IMG/VR virus record: IMGVR_UViG_3300045988_007995
Span: 1-20,429 of that record
Source of the DNA: a virus
Lineage: Duplodnaviria > Heunggongvirae > Uroviricota > Caudoviricetes
Strand: one strand, 5' to 3'
Length of the DNA: 20,429 nucleotides
Positions 7,872-14,571 of this stretch are shown in pieces (the first letter of the stretch is position 1; each line of letters begins with the position of its first letter). Position numbers and translations under genes: made by a program. The notes beneath the pieces are model-generated. The model worked only from the letters and a program-made list of their open reading frames with translations, was not told the DNA's origin and made no database searches.

Positions 7872-7885
7872 CGTGACATGTCACG
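7872..7885. repeat. perfect palindrome CGTGACATGTCACG (copy 1 of 3 of the GTGACATGTCAC core)
   Basis: Exact dyad symmetry read directly; same 12-bp core recurs at 10138-10149 and 10531-10542. Confidence 0.9.
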
Positions 7886-7925
7886 AGTAGATTATGCATG
7901 ATGAATTTGATGGGTTTTGAATACT

Positions 7926-7951
7926 GCCGCCAACTATGGCGGCTTTATTTT
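7926..7951 (+). terminator. intrinsic terminator between the early operon and terS
   Basis: Hairpin GCCGCC-aactat-GGCGGC (7926-7943) followed by TTTATTTT. Confidence 0.7.
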
Positions 7952-7958
7952 GCATGGT

Positions 7959-7987
7959 ACTATTACCACAACGGTAACTATTACCAC
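7959..7987 (+). repeat. two exact 11-bp direct repeats ACTATTACCAC immediately upstream of the terS start
   Basis: Copies at 7959-7969 and 7977-7987 (18-bp period), ending 8 nt before the predicted terS ATG. Confidence 0.85.
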
Positions 7988-7994
7988 GGTGGTT

Positions 7995-8591
7995 ATGATG
8001 CCTGCTGAACCTAAAACCTATAAACGCAAATCAACGCAATTTAAGCCACTAACAGCAATGCAGGAGGCTTATTGCCAGTCATACATCAAAACGCCTGAAA
8101 ACCAGACTCAGGCAGCGATTAACGCAGGATTCTCCCCAAATACAGCGGCAGTTAAAGCCAGTCTCATGATGCGCGATGAACGCATTCAAAAACGGATTGC
8201 CGAGCTGATGGAAGAGCGCAACAAACGAATGCGCGTCAGTGCTGATTACGTTCTCATGCGCCTGGTGGAGATCGACCAGATGGACGTGATCGACATCCTC
8301 AACGACGATGGGAGCCTTAAGCCAATCCGCGAGTGGCCGAAAATCTGGCGCACTACGCTTAGTGGCTTTGATCTGTCATCGACCATCATGAACATGAACG
8401 AGGATTCGATAGAGACAATCCTCAAAAAAATTAAATGGCCTGACAAGGTGAAGAACCTCGAACTGATTGGTAAGCACGTCGACGTCAACGCATTCAAAGA
8501 ACGCCTGGATGTTAATGTGAATGTGACAATTGCTGATCGCATAGCGGCAGCCAGGAAGAGACTGAAAGAACGTCAGGATGGCAATCAGTGA
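7995..8591 (+). CDS. terS: terminase small subunit (P27-family-like)
   Basis: Located immediately upstream of and overlapping (GTGA) the large terminase gene; start placed at ATG 7995 (MMPAEPKTYKRK...) because the ORF-track extension from 7917 spans the terminator and direct repeats. Confidence 0.65.
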   Translation: MMPAEPKTYKRKSTQFKPLTAMQEAYCQSYIKTPENQTQAAINAGFSPNTAAVKASLMMRDERIQKRIAELMEERNKRMRVSADYVLMRLVEIDQMDVIDILNDDGSLKPIREWPKIWRTTLSGFDLSSTIMNMNEDSIETILKKIKWPDKVKNLELIGKHVDVNAFKERLDVNVNVTIADRIAAARKRLKERQDGNQ

Positions 8592-10063
8592 CAGATACAG
8601 CGTTATCTCCTGAAGAGCAGTTAATCGAGGATATTGCAGGGTTCACTCACGATCCGCTTGGCTATGCCCTCTATGCGTTCCCATGGGGGGAAGAGGGGAC
8701 TGAACTGGCACATGCCACCGGCCCACGTCAGTGGCAGGCTGATGCGTTCCGAGAGATACGTGATCACCTGCAGAATCCAGAGACGCGCTATCAGCCGCTT
8801 ATGCTGGCACGCGCTTCTGGTCACGGTATTGGTAAATCCGCATTCATCTCAATGCTGATCAACTGGGGCATGTCCACTTGCGAGGATTGTAAGGTCGTGG
8901 TGACCGCCAACACCGACAACCAGCTACGAACGAAGACCTGGCCGGAAATTATCAAGTGGTCGAACCTTGCTATCACGAAAGACTGGTTTACCTGTACCGC
9001 TACCGCGATGTACAGCAATGACCTAGGGCACGACAAGCGGTGGCGGGCTGACGCAATACCCTGGTCTGAGCACAACACCGAGGCATTCGCCGGACTACAC
9101 AACGAGCGCAAACGCATCATCGTGGTGTTTGATGAAGCGTCGAACATTGCGGATCTGGTGTGGGAAGTTGCCGAGGGTGCGCTTACGGACGAAGACACTG
9201 AGATTATTTGGGTGGCGTTCGGAAACCCTACACGTAACACCGGGCGTTTTCGCGAATGTTTCCGCAAATATAAACACCGCTGGAAAACTGCGCAGATTGA
9301 CAGCCGGACGGTGGAAGGCACTAACAAACAGCAGTTGCAGAAATGGGTTGATGACTACGGGGAAGACAGCGACTTCGTTAAAATCCGTGTGCGTGGCATA
9401 TTCCCTGATGCATCTGAATTGCAGTTTATCCCTACCGGTCTTACTGACGAGGCAATGAAACGGGTGGTAACCGCTGCGCAGGTTGCACATGCTCCGGTGA
9501 TAATCGGCGTTGACCCGGCATACTCCGGCGTTGATGACGCTGTGATATACCTGCGGCAGGGGCTACACAGTAAGGTGCTGTGGACTGGCAACAAGACTAC
9601 CGACGATCTGATTATGGCGAAGCGTATCGCTGACTTTGAAGACCAGTATCAGGCTGACGCGGTGTTCATCGACTTCGGTTACGGAACCGGTTTGAAGTCA
9701 ATCGGTGACGGCTGGGGTCGTACATGGCAACTTGTTCCGTTCGGTGGCGCGTCTACTGACCCGCAGATGCTCAACAAGCGTGGGGAGATGTTCAATTCAT
9801 GCAAGACATGGCTGAGGCTGGGCGGCATGCTGGATGACCAGGAAACAGCAGACGACCTGTCGGCGGCAGAGTACAAAGTTCGAGTGGACGGTAAAATCGT
9901 TATCGAACCGAAGGAAGATATCAAGGAGCGGCTTGGGCGTTCACCGGGTAAAGGCGATGCGCTACTGCTGACGTTTGCGTTCCCTGTGTCTAAGCGTCTG
10001 CGAATTCCCGGTCAGCAGAACCAGCAAGGCAAGGCCATCACAGATTACGATCCCTATGCTTAA
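8588..10063 (+). CDS. terL: terminase large subunit
   Basis: 491-aa ORF; GTG start overlapping terS stop; ATPase-like segment ...IIVVFDEASNI... (Walker B-like) and overall size and position typical of phage TerL. Confidence 0.85.
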   Translation: MTDTALSPEEQLIEDIAGFTHDPLGYALYAFPWGEEGTELAHATGPRQWQADAFREIRDHLQNPETRYQPLMLARASGHGIGKSAFISMLINWGMSTCEDCKVVVTANTDNQLRTKTWPEIIKWSNLAITKDWFTCTATAMYSNDLGHDKRWRADAIPWSEHNTEAFAGLHNERKRIIVVFDEASNIADLVWEVAEGALTDEDTEIIWVAFGNPTRNTGRFRECFRKYKHRWKTAQIDSRTVEGTNKQQLQKWVDDYGEDSDFVKIRVRGIFPDASELQFIPTGLTDEAMKRVVTAAQVAHAPVIIGVDPAYSGVDDAVIYLRQGLHSKVLWTGNKTTDDLIMAKRIADFEDQYQADAVFIDFGYGTGLKSIGDGWGRTWQLVPFGGASTDPQMLNKRGEMFNSCKTWLRLGGMLDDQETADDLSAAEYKVRVDGKIVIEPKEDIKERLGRSPGKGDALLLTFAFPVSKRLRIPGQQNQQGKAITDYDPYA

Positions 10064-10104
10064 TCCGCTGGTGGGGATAATGTCGTTGATATCCTCTGGT
10101 GAGG

Positions 10105-10133
10105 ATAAAACAAAGCCAGCTCATAGGCTGGCT
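10105..10133 (-). terminator. minus-strand intrinsic terminator downstream of the opposite-strand gene pair
   Basis: Hairpin AGCCAGC-ctatga-GCTGGCT followed on the minus strand by TTGTTTTAT; protects terL from antisense read-through. Confidence 0.5.
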
Positions 10134-10137
10134 GTTT

Positions 10138-10149
10138 GTGACATGTCAC
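10138..10149. repeat. palindrome GTGACATGTCAC (copy 2), 4 nt downstream of the gene A stop codon
   Basis: Exact 12-bp palindrome; flanking context CTGtTTGTGACATGTCACGGtGTTA nearly identical to copy 3. Confidence 0.9.
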
Positions 10150-10153
10150 GGTG

Positions 10154-10486
10154 TTATTTCGGTAGATTGTGTTTGGCATTCGACTCGTCTATCACGTAAC
10201 GCATTGCAGTTCGACCGAGATTACCAGGATCTTCATGCAGACTCACTCGTGCCTTTAGGAGCACACATTCAGCCTTGACATAGTTTGCTGGAATTATTCC
10301 TACCTCGGCATTTTTAAATGCCTCCTTCACCGCCTCACCGTTGTACTGACCGCCAAGCAACTCTGTACATGTCAGGTTGTTATGGATAATTGCAAGGAGA
10401 TCTTTAATCTCTTCACGCAGGTTTACAATCGCCATCGCGGCATTGATAGCTGCGGCATAGCGCTCAGCTGCAGTCTTCTCTTTCAT
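10154..10486 (-). CDS. hypothetical 110-aa protein (opposite-strand insert gene A)
   Basis: Minus-strand ORF; start placed at MKEKTAAERY... (ATG complement at 10484-10486) preceded by AAGGTGA; the only long ORF in this interval on either strand. Confidence 0.55.
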   Translation of the reverse strand: MKEKTAAERYAAAINAAMAIVNLREEIKDLLAIIHNNLTCTELLGGQYNGEAVKEAFKNAEVGIIPANYVKAECVLLKARVSLHEDPGNLGRTAMRYVIDESNAKHNLPK

Positions 10487-10498
10487 GATTTTCACCTT

Positions 10499-10525
10499 AA
10501 AAAAATGCCCGGCGAATCGGCGGGC
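10499..10525 (-). promoter_or_regulatory. conserved hairpin plus T7 tract directly upstream of gene A RBS (copy 1 of duplicated 5' element)
   Basis: Minus strand reads GCCCGCCGATTCGCCGGGCATTTTTTTAAGGTGAAAATCATG; terminator-like stem GCCCG/CGGGC then U-tract, immediately followed by the RBS. Confidence 0.5.
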
Positions 10526-10530
10526 TGATT

Positions 10531-10542
10531 GTGACATGTCAC
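10531..10542. repeat. palindrome GTGACATGTCAC (copy 3), 4 nt downstream of the gene B stop codon
   Basis: Exact 12-bp palindrome in context CTGaTTGTGACATGTCACGGcGTTA. Confidence 0.9.
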
Positions 10543-10546
10543 GGCG

Positions 10547-10969
10547 TTAGAAGGTTATTTTATCGAATGCGGCGTTGATTGCCTTGGCGTCCTGCTCAGC
10601 ACCAACCACATCAAGTAAAGATCTTTTACTAAGCACTTCAGCCAGGCATTGTAACTTCATGTTGTATAAGTTTTCGCGCATGTAATCATCATCACTTTTT
10701 TCTTTGGCGTATACAGCGCGAGAAATATCAAACACATTGCCTTTTTCCATTTCAGTTTTCTGCGCTGAAATCCAGTCATGGCAAGTAACTCCTATTCCAT
10801 GGTCATCGCTAAGCGTTAACCCGGCAAGTCGCTCACCTGGAATTGCTTCACAAAGCATTTCATTTCCTGCAAAAACACCATAAAAAATTGAGTCATCACC
10901 CTGAACAATGCGTACATATTTGCACGGCCATTCATTTAGATATTTAGCTAGCATGTCGGCTGTTTTCAT
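10547..10969 (-). CDS. hypothetical 140-aa protein (opposite-strand insert gene B)
   Basis: Minus-strand ORF; start placed at MKTADMLAKY... (ATG complement at 10967-10969) preceded by TAGGTGA; upstream ORF-track extension crosses the hairpin/T-tract and is rejected. Confidence 0.55.
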   Translation of the reverse strand: MKTADMLAKYLNEWPCKYVRIVQGDDSIFYGVFAGNEMLCEAIPGERLAGLTLSDDHGIGVTCHDWISAQKTEMEKGNVFDISRAVYAKEKSDDDYMRENLYNMKLQCLAEVLSKRSLLDVVGAEQDAKAINAAFDKITF

Positions 10970-10979
10970 GATCTCACCT

Positions 10980-11005
10980 AAAAAAAATGCCCGGCGAATC
11001 GGGCG
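10980..11005 (-). promoter_or_regulatory. conserved hairpin plus T8 tract directly upstream of gene B RBS (copy 2 of duplicated 5' element)
   Basis: Minus strand reads CGCCCGATTCGCCGGGCATTTTTTTTAGGTGAGATCATG; about 40 nt alignable with copy 1. Confidence 0.5.
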
Positions 11006-11045
11006 AACTGGAAGCAATGAGTTATGCCTTCCGTGGCTGTACTGG

Positions 11046-11085
11046 TTTACAGCATGAAGCCATCGCAATGGCGTCATGCTGTAAA
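11046..11085. repeat. 40-bp near-perfect nested palindrome
   Basis: TTTACAGCATGA-aGCCATcgcaATGGCg-TCATGCTGTAAA: 12-bp outer arms with a 5-bp inner dyad. Confidence 0.85.
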
Positions 11086-11124
11086 AAGGGCGGTGATAGT
11101 CCTTCAAGGGAAACCATCACCGCC
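11083..11124 (-). terminator. minus-strand terminator 43 nt downstream of the tRNA
   Basis: 9-bp stem GGCGGTGAT/ATCACCGCC with 18-nt loop, followed on the minus strand by CTTTTT. Confidence 0.5.
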
Positions 11125-11167
11125 AAGCCCCTGGAACTTCTGGCATCACGGTCCTTAGGCGTGATTC

Positions 11168-11244
11168 TGGCGTGGCATGCAGGATTCGAACCTGCGACCA
11201 ACCGCTTAGAAAGCGGTTGCTCTGTCCAGCTGAGCTAATGCCAC
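11168..11244 (-). tRNA. tRNA-Arg (anticodon UCU), phage-encoded
   Basis: 77-nt cloverleaf on the minus strand: acceptor GTGGCAT/ATGCCAC, D-stem GCTC/GAGC, anticodon stem ACCGC/GCGGT with loop TT-TCT-AA, T-stem GCAGG/CCTGC with TTCGAAT loop, discriminator G and encoded CCA. Confidence 0.85.
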
Positions 11245-11671
11245 AACGCTGAGAGCACTTAGCCTGTTAAGGCGCCACACTTTGTCGCGGCTCCATAAAT
11301 GCTCTCATCGTTGTACCCTCGTCTCTTCCGAGGCGTCACACCGAATCGCCGGGATGGTGAATCCCCGTGCGCGGAATAAAACCGCTCGACTTGCACATTC
11401 CGGCTACCTGGTTCGTTTGCCACAGCCAGGGAGGGTGCCCCTTAAACGTATCCAGACCGCTATCGGCGCATGTGCCATACGCCGTACTGCTCAAAATAAA
11501 AGCTCACTCCACCTGTTCAATTTAACGACAAGCCAGTCAGGTTAGTAACCGGAATGAACTCTTTGGTTACCTGAAAGGTAATAATTTGTGCGTTAAATGT
11601 CAACTACCTACGATAAATAAATCATATGTGGTTAAATTGGTAATAATTTAATTGCGTACGGAGTCATTGAT

Positions 11672-11878
11672 ATGTGCATGGGTAGCTCACCATCAGTGCC
11701 TGCAACACCAGAAGTTCAGGCAGCACCACAGGAGCAGGATGCCGCCGTTGTTGATGCCCGCGACGAAGAAACTCGTCGCCGTCGCGCTGCTGCTGGTCGT
11801 AGTTCTACGCTGCTTACCGGTTCTCAGGGCGACACATCAACCGCTAATACCAGCGGTAAAACGCTGCTTGGTCAGTAA
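11672..11878 (+). CDS. small virion-associated protein candidate (T7 gp6.7-like?), 68 aa
   Basis: ATG at 11672 preceded by GGAG; begins MC..., Ser/Pro/Ala-rich; immediately upstream of the portal gene, whose leader shares the motif CGGAGTCATTGA(t/a)ATG. Confidence 0.45.
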   Translation: MCMGSSPSVPATPEVQAAPQEQDAAVVDARDEETRRRRAAAGRSSTLLTGSQGDTSTANTSGKTLLGQ

Positions 11879-11892
11879 CCGGAGTCATTGAA

Positions 11893-13572
11893 ATGGCGGA
11901 AACAACTAAAGAGCGATTGAACAAACAGTTCGCACAACTTGAAAGCGAGCGTCAGTCGTTCGAGCCGCACTGGCGCGAGTTGAGTGATTACATCAACCCG
12001 CGTGGTTCCCGCTTTCTGACTTCTGAGGTCAACCGTAACGATCGACGCAATACACGCATTATTGATTCGACCGGGACTATGGCGGCGCGCACTCTCGCCA
12101 GCGGCATGATGTCAGGCATCACAAGCCCCGCGCGTCCGTGGTTTCGCCTGGCTACGCCAGATCCTGAAATGATGGATTATGGCCCTGTTAAGTTGTGGCT
12201 TGAGGCGGTGCAGAACCGCATGAACGATATGTTCAATAAGTCGAATCTCTATCAGTCGCTGCCGCAGTTATACGGAAGCCTCGGCACATACAGCACTGGT
12301 GCAATGGCAGTGCTGGAGGATGACGAGGACATCATTCGCACAATGCCATTCCCGATAGGCAGTTACTACCTGGCTAACTCACCTCGTGGCAGTGTGGACA
12401 CCTGTTTTCGCAAGTTCTCTATGACTGTTCGTCAGCTTGTTCAGGAGTTCGGGCTAAATAACGTCAGCGAATCCGTAAAAAGCATGTGGGAAAGCGGAAC
12501 CTACGAGAAGTGGATTGAAGTGATGCATTCGGTTTACCCGAACATTGACCGCGATACATCGAAGCTGGATAGCAAGAACAAGCCATTCAAATCGGTTTAT
12601 TACGAGGTTGGTGGCGATAACGACAAGTTGTTGCGTGAGTCCGGATTCGATGAGTTTCCAATTATGGCTCCGCGCTGGGAAGTTAACGGCGAAGATGTTT
12701 ATGGATCATCATGCCCGGGTATGCTGGCGCTTGGACCTGTTAAGGCATTGCAGCTTCTCCAGAAGCGCAAGTCGCAGTTGATTGATAAAGCCACCAATCC
12801 GCCGATGGTTGCTCCGACTTCCCTCAAGAATCAGCGTGCCTCCCTTCTTCCTGGCGACATCACGTATATCGATCAGATTACTGGTCAGGATGGTTTCAGG
12901 CCTGCTTATCTGGTTAACCCCAGTACAGCAGATTTGGTGGCAGACATTCAGGACACCCGTCAAATCATTAACAGCGCCTACTTTGTCGATCTGTTCATGA
13001 TGTTGCAGAACATCAATACCCGCTCGATGCCTGTTGAAGCGGTGATCGAAATGAAAGAAGAAAAACTTCTGATGTTGGGGCCGGTTCTGGAGCGTCTGAA
13101 CGACGAATGTCTTAATCCTCTCATTGACCGCGCTTTCTCGATGATGGTGCGTAAAAACATGCTGCCGCCACCGCCTGACGCGATGGAAGGTATGCCCCTG
13201 AAGGTCGAATACATTTCCGTCATGGCTCAGGCGCAGAAGTCTATCGGCCTGTCCAGTCTGGCGTCTACGGTCAACTTCATTGGTCAACTTGCGCAAGCGA
13301 AACCAGAAGCTCTCGACAAACTCAACGTTGATCAGGCGATCGATGCATTCGCTGATATGTCCGGAGTGTCTCCAACCGTCATTGTTCCGCAGGAACAGGT
13401 TGAGCAGGCTCGCCAGCAACGGGCACAGCAACAACAGCAGCAACAAATGATGGCGATGGGGATGGCGGCGGCACAGGGTGCCAAGACGCTAAGCGAAGCT
13501 AAAACTTCGGATCCGAGTGTTTTGTCAGCTATGGCGAATGCAGTTAGTGGTCAGGGTGGGCAATCACAATGA
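11893..13572 (+). CDS. portal (head-to-tail connector) protein, T7 gp8-like
   Basis: 559-aa ORF following terL; C-terminal Q/A/M-rich tract (QQRAQQQQQQQMMAMGMAAAQGAK) resembles the T7 connector C-terminus as I recall it. Confidence 0.8.
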   Translation: MAETTKERLNKQFAQLESERQSFEPHWRELSDYINPRGSRFLTSEVNRNDRRNTRIIDSTGTMAARTLASGMMSGITSPARPWFRLATPDPEMMDYGPVKLWLEAVQNRMNDMFNKSNLYQSLPQLYGSLGTYSTGAMAVLEDDEDIIRTMPFPIGSYYLANSPRGSVDTCFRKFSMTVRQLVQEFGLNNVSESVKSMWESGTYEKWIEVMHSVYPNIDRDTSKLDSKNKPFKSVYYEVGGDNDKLLRESGFDEFPIMAPRWEVNGEDVYGSSCPGMLALGPVKALQLLQKRKSQLIDKATNPPMVAPTSLKNQRASLLPGDITYIDQITGQDGFRPAYLVNPSTADLVADIQDTRQIINSAYFVDLFMMLQNINTRSMPVEAVIEMKEEKLLMLGPVLERLNDECLNPLIDRAFSMMVRKNMLPPPPDAMEGMPLKVEYISVMAQAQKSIGLSSLASTVNFIGQLAQAKPEALDKLNVDQAIDAFADMSGVSPTVIVPQEQVEQARQQRAQQQQQQQMMAMGMAAAQGAKTLSEAKTSDPSVLSAMANAVSGQGGQSQ

Positions 13573-13865
13573 CAGATTACGAAGACGATCAACTGAAAGA
13601 AGAAAACGCCCGTAAGCAACGTGACATGGCACAGCGTGAAATTGATGACATTTGCTTTGTCATGAGCAGTGAACAGGGGCGTCGCGTTGTCTGGTCGGTG
13701 CTGGAGAAAGGCCGTGTGTTTTCCGCTATCTCACCGATGGACGCTATGGCAATGGCATTTAATGAGGGGCAACGCAATCTGGCGCTGGAACTGTTTCAGC
13801 GCGTTATGGCGCATTGCCCTGAACAGTATTTGAAGATGGCCAAAGAGGCCAGTGAACAGGAGTGA
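13569..13865 (+). CDS. hypothetical protein (98 aa) between portal and scaffold genes
   Basis: ATGA overlap with portal stop; acidic; no motif assigned. Confidence 0.5.
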   Translation: MTDYEDDQLKEENARKQRDMAQREIDDICFVMSSEQGRRVVWSVLEKGRVFSAISPMDAMAMAFNEGQRNLALELFQRVMAHCPEQYLKMAKEASEQE

Positions 13866-13867
13866 TC

Positions 13868-14563
13868 ATGAATTTATTTGAGCGTTTGCTGTATCGCCGT
13901 CTTTGCAATGAGCAACCAGTCGATGGTGGAGCAGCTCCGGCTGCGTCAGAACCGTCAGCGCCTGCAGGTGATAACCCTGCTCCAGTTGGTGATCCATCAC
14001 AACAGGAAGGTGATAAGCCACAACCTGTTGCTGATGGCGATAAACCTGCTGATGACAAAAAGCCTGAAAACGATAAGCAGGATGAAAAAAAGGACGGCGA
14101 TAAACCAGAGGGTGCGCCTGAAAAGTACGAGTTTCAGGCTGCCGAAGGCGTAGAGCTGGATACAGAAGCGTTGAAGGAATTCGAGCCGGTGGCGCGAGAA
14201 CTAAACCTGACCAACGAGCAAGCGCAAAAGCTGGTTGATGCTTATCCGAAGATTCTGGCAGGTGTTCAGCAGCGCCAGGCAGAAGCCTGGCAGAAAACAA
14301 CCGAGCAGTGGGCAGCGGATGTAAAAGCCGACAAAGAAATCGGTGGCGACAAGTTGATTTCTAACCTTAGCGCCGCACAGCGTGCGCTTGACCAGTTCGG
14401 GACACCTGAACTCAAAGAATATCTGAACACCACCGGGCTGGGTAATCACCCTGATCTGGTCAAAACGTTCGTGAAAATCGGAAAGGCGATGTCTGAAGAT
14501 GGCATGGTCACCGGTGGTAATGAAGGCCAGCGTAGTGCGGCCGAAGTGCTCTATGGCAAATAA
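13868..14563 (+). CDS. putative scaffolding protein (acidic, Pro/Asp/Lys-rich N-terminal region)
   Basis: ATG at 13868 after AGGAG; low-complexity acidic segment (PAASEPSAPAGDNPAPVGD...DKPADDKKPENDKQDEKKDGDKPEG); sits directly upstream of the capsid gene. Confidence 0.5.
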   Translation: MNLFERLLYRRLCNEQPVDGGAAPAASEPSAPAGDNPAPVGDPSQQEGDKPQPVADGDKPADDKKPENDKQDEKKDGDKPEGAPEKYEFQAAEGVELDTEALKEFEPVARELNLTNEQAQKLVDAYPKILAGVQQRQAEAWQKTTEQWAADVKADKEIGGDKLISNLSAAQRALDQFGTPELKEYLNTTGLGNHPDLVKTFVKIGKAMSEDGMVTGGNEGQRSAAEVLYGK

Positions 14564-14571
14564 GAGAGGAA

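Noticed and set aside
7872-7885. GTGACATGTCAC palindrome as a CRP site, LexA box or cos site
   Set aside because: Half-site spacing does not fit CRP (TGTGA-N6-TCACA) or LexA (CTGT-N8-ACAG), and three copies argue against a unique cos site.
7917-7994. N-terminal extension of the terS ORF (start at 7917)
   Set aside because: The extension spans an intrinsic terminator and two direct repeats and encodes a TITTTVTITTV run; the ATG at 7995 is the more plausible start.
10487-11107. Longer ORF-track versions of the two opposite-strand genes (starts at 10537 and 11107)
   Set aside because: The upstream extensions run through the hairpin/T-tract elements; internal ATGs with AGGTGA RBS at 10486 and 10969 are more credible.
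11168-11244. tRNA as a remnant attachment site (partial tRNA 3' end)
   Set aside because: The gene is a complete cloverleaf with both acceptor-stem halves and is not flanked by an integrase or an obvious direct-repeat att pair within the window.
11282-11545. 87-aa plus-strand ORF in the tRNA-portal gap
   Set aside because: No RBS, Arg/His-rich, sits in a region better explained as regulatory or non-coding.
12709-13446. 245-aa minus-strand ORF inside the portal gene
   Set aside because: Fully antisense to a well-supported 559-aa plus-strand gene, no RBS context, His/Arg-rich composition typical of antisense frames.
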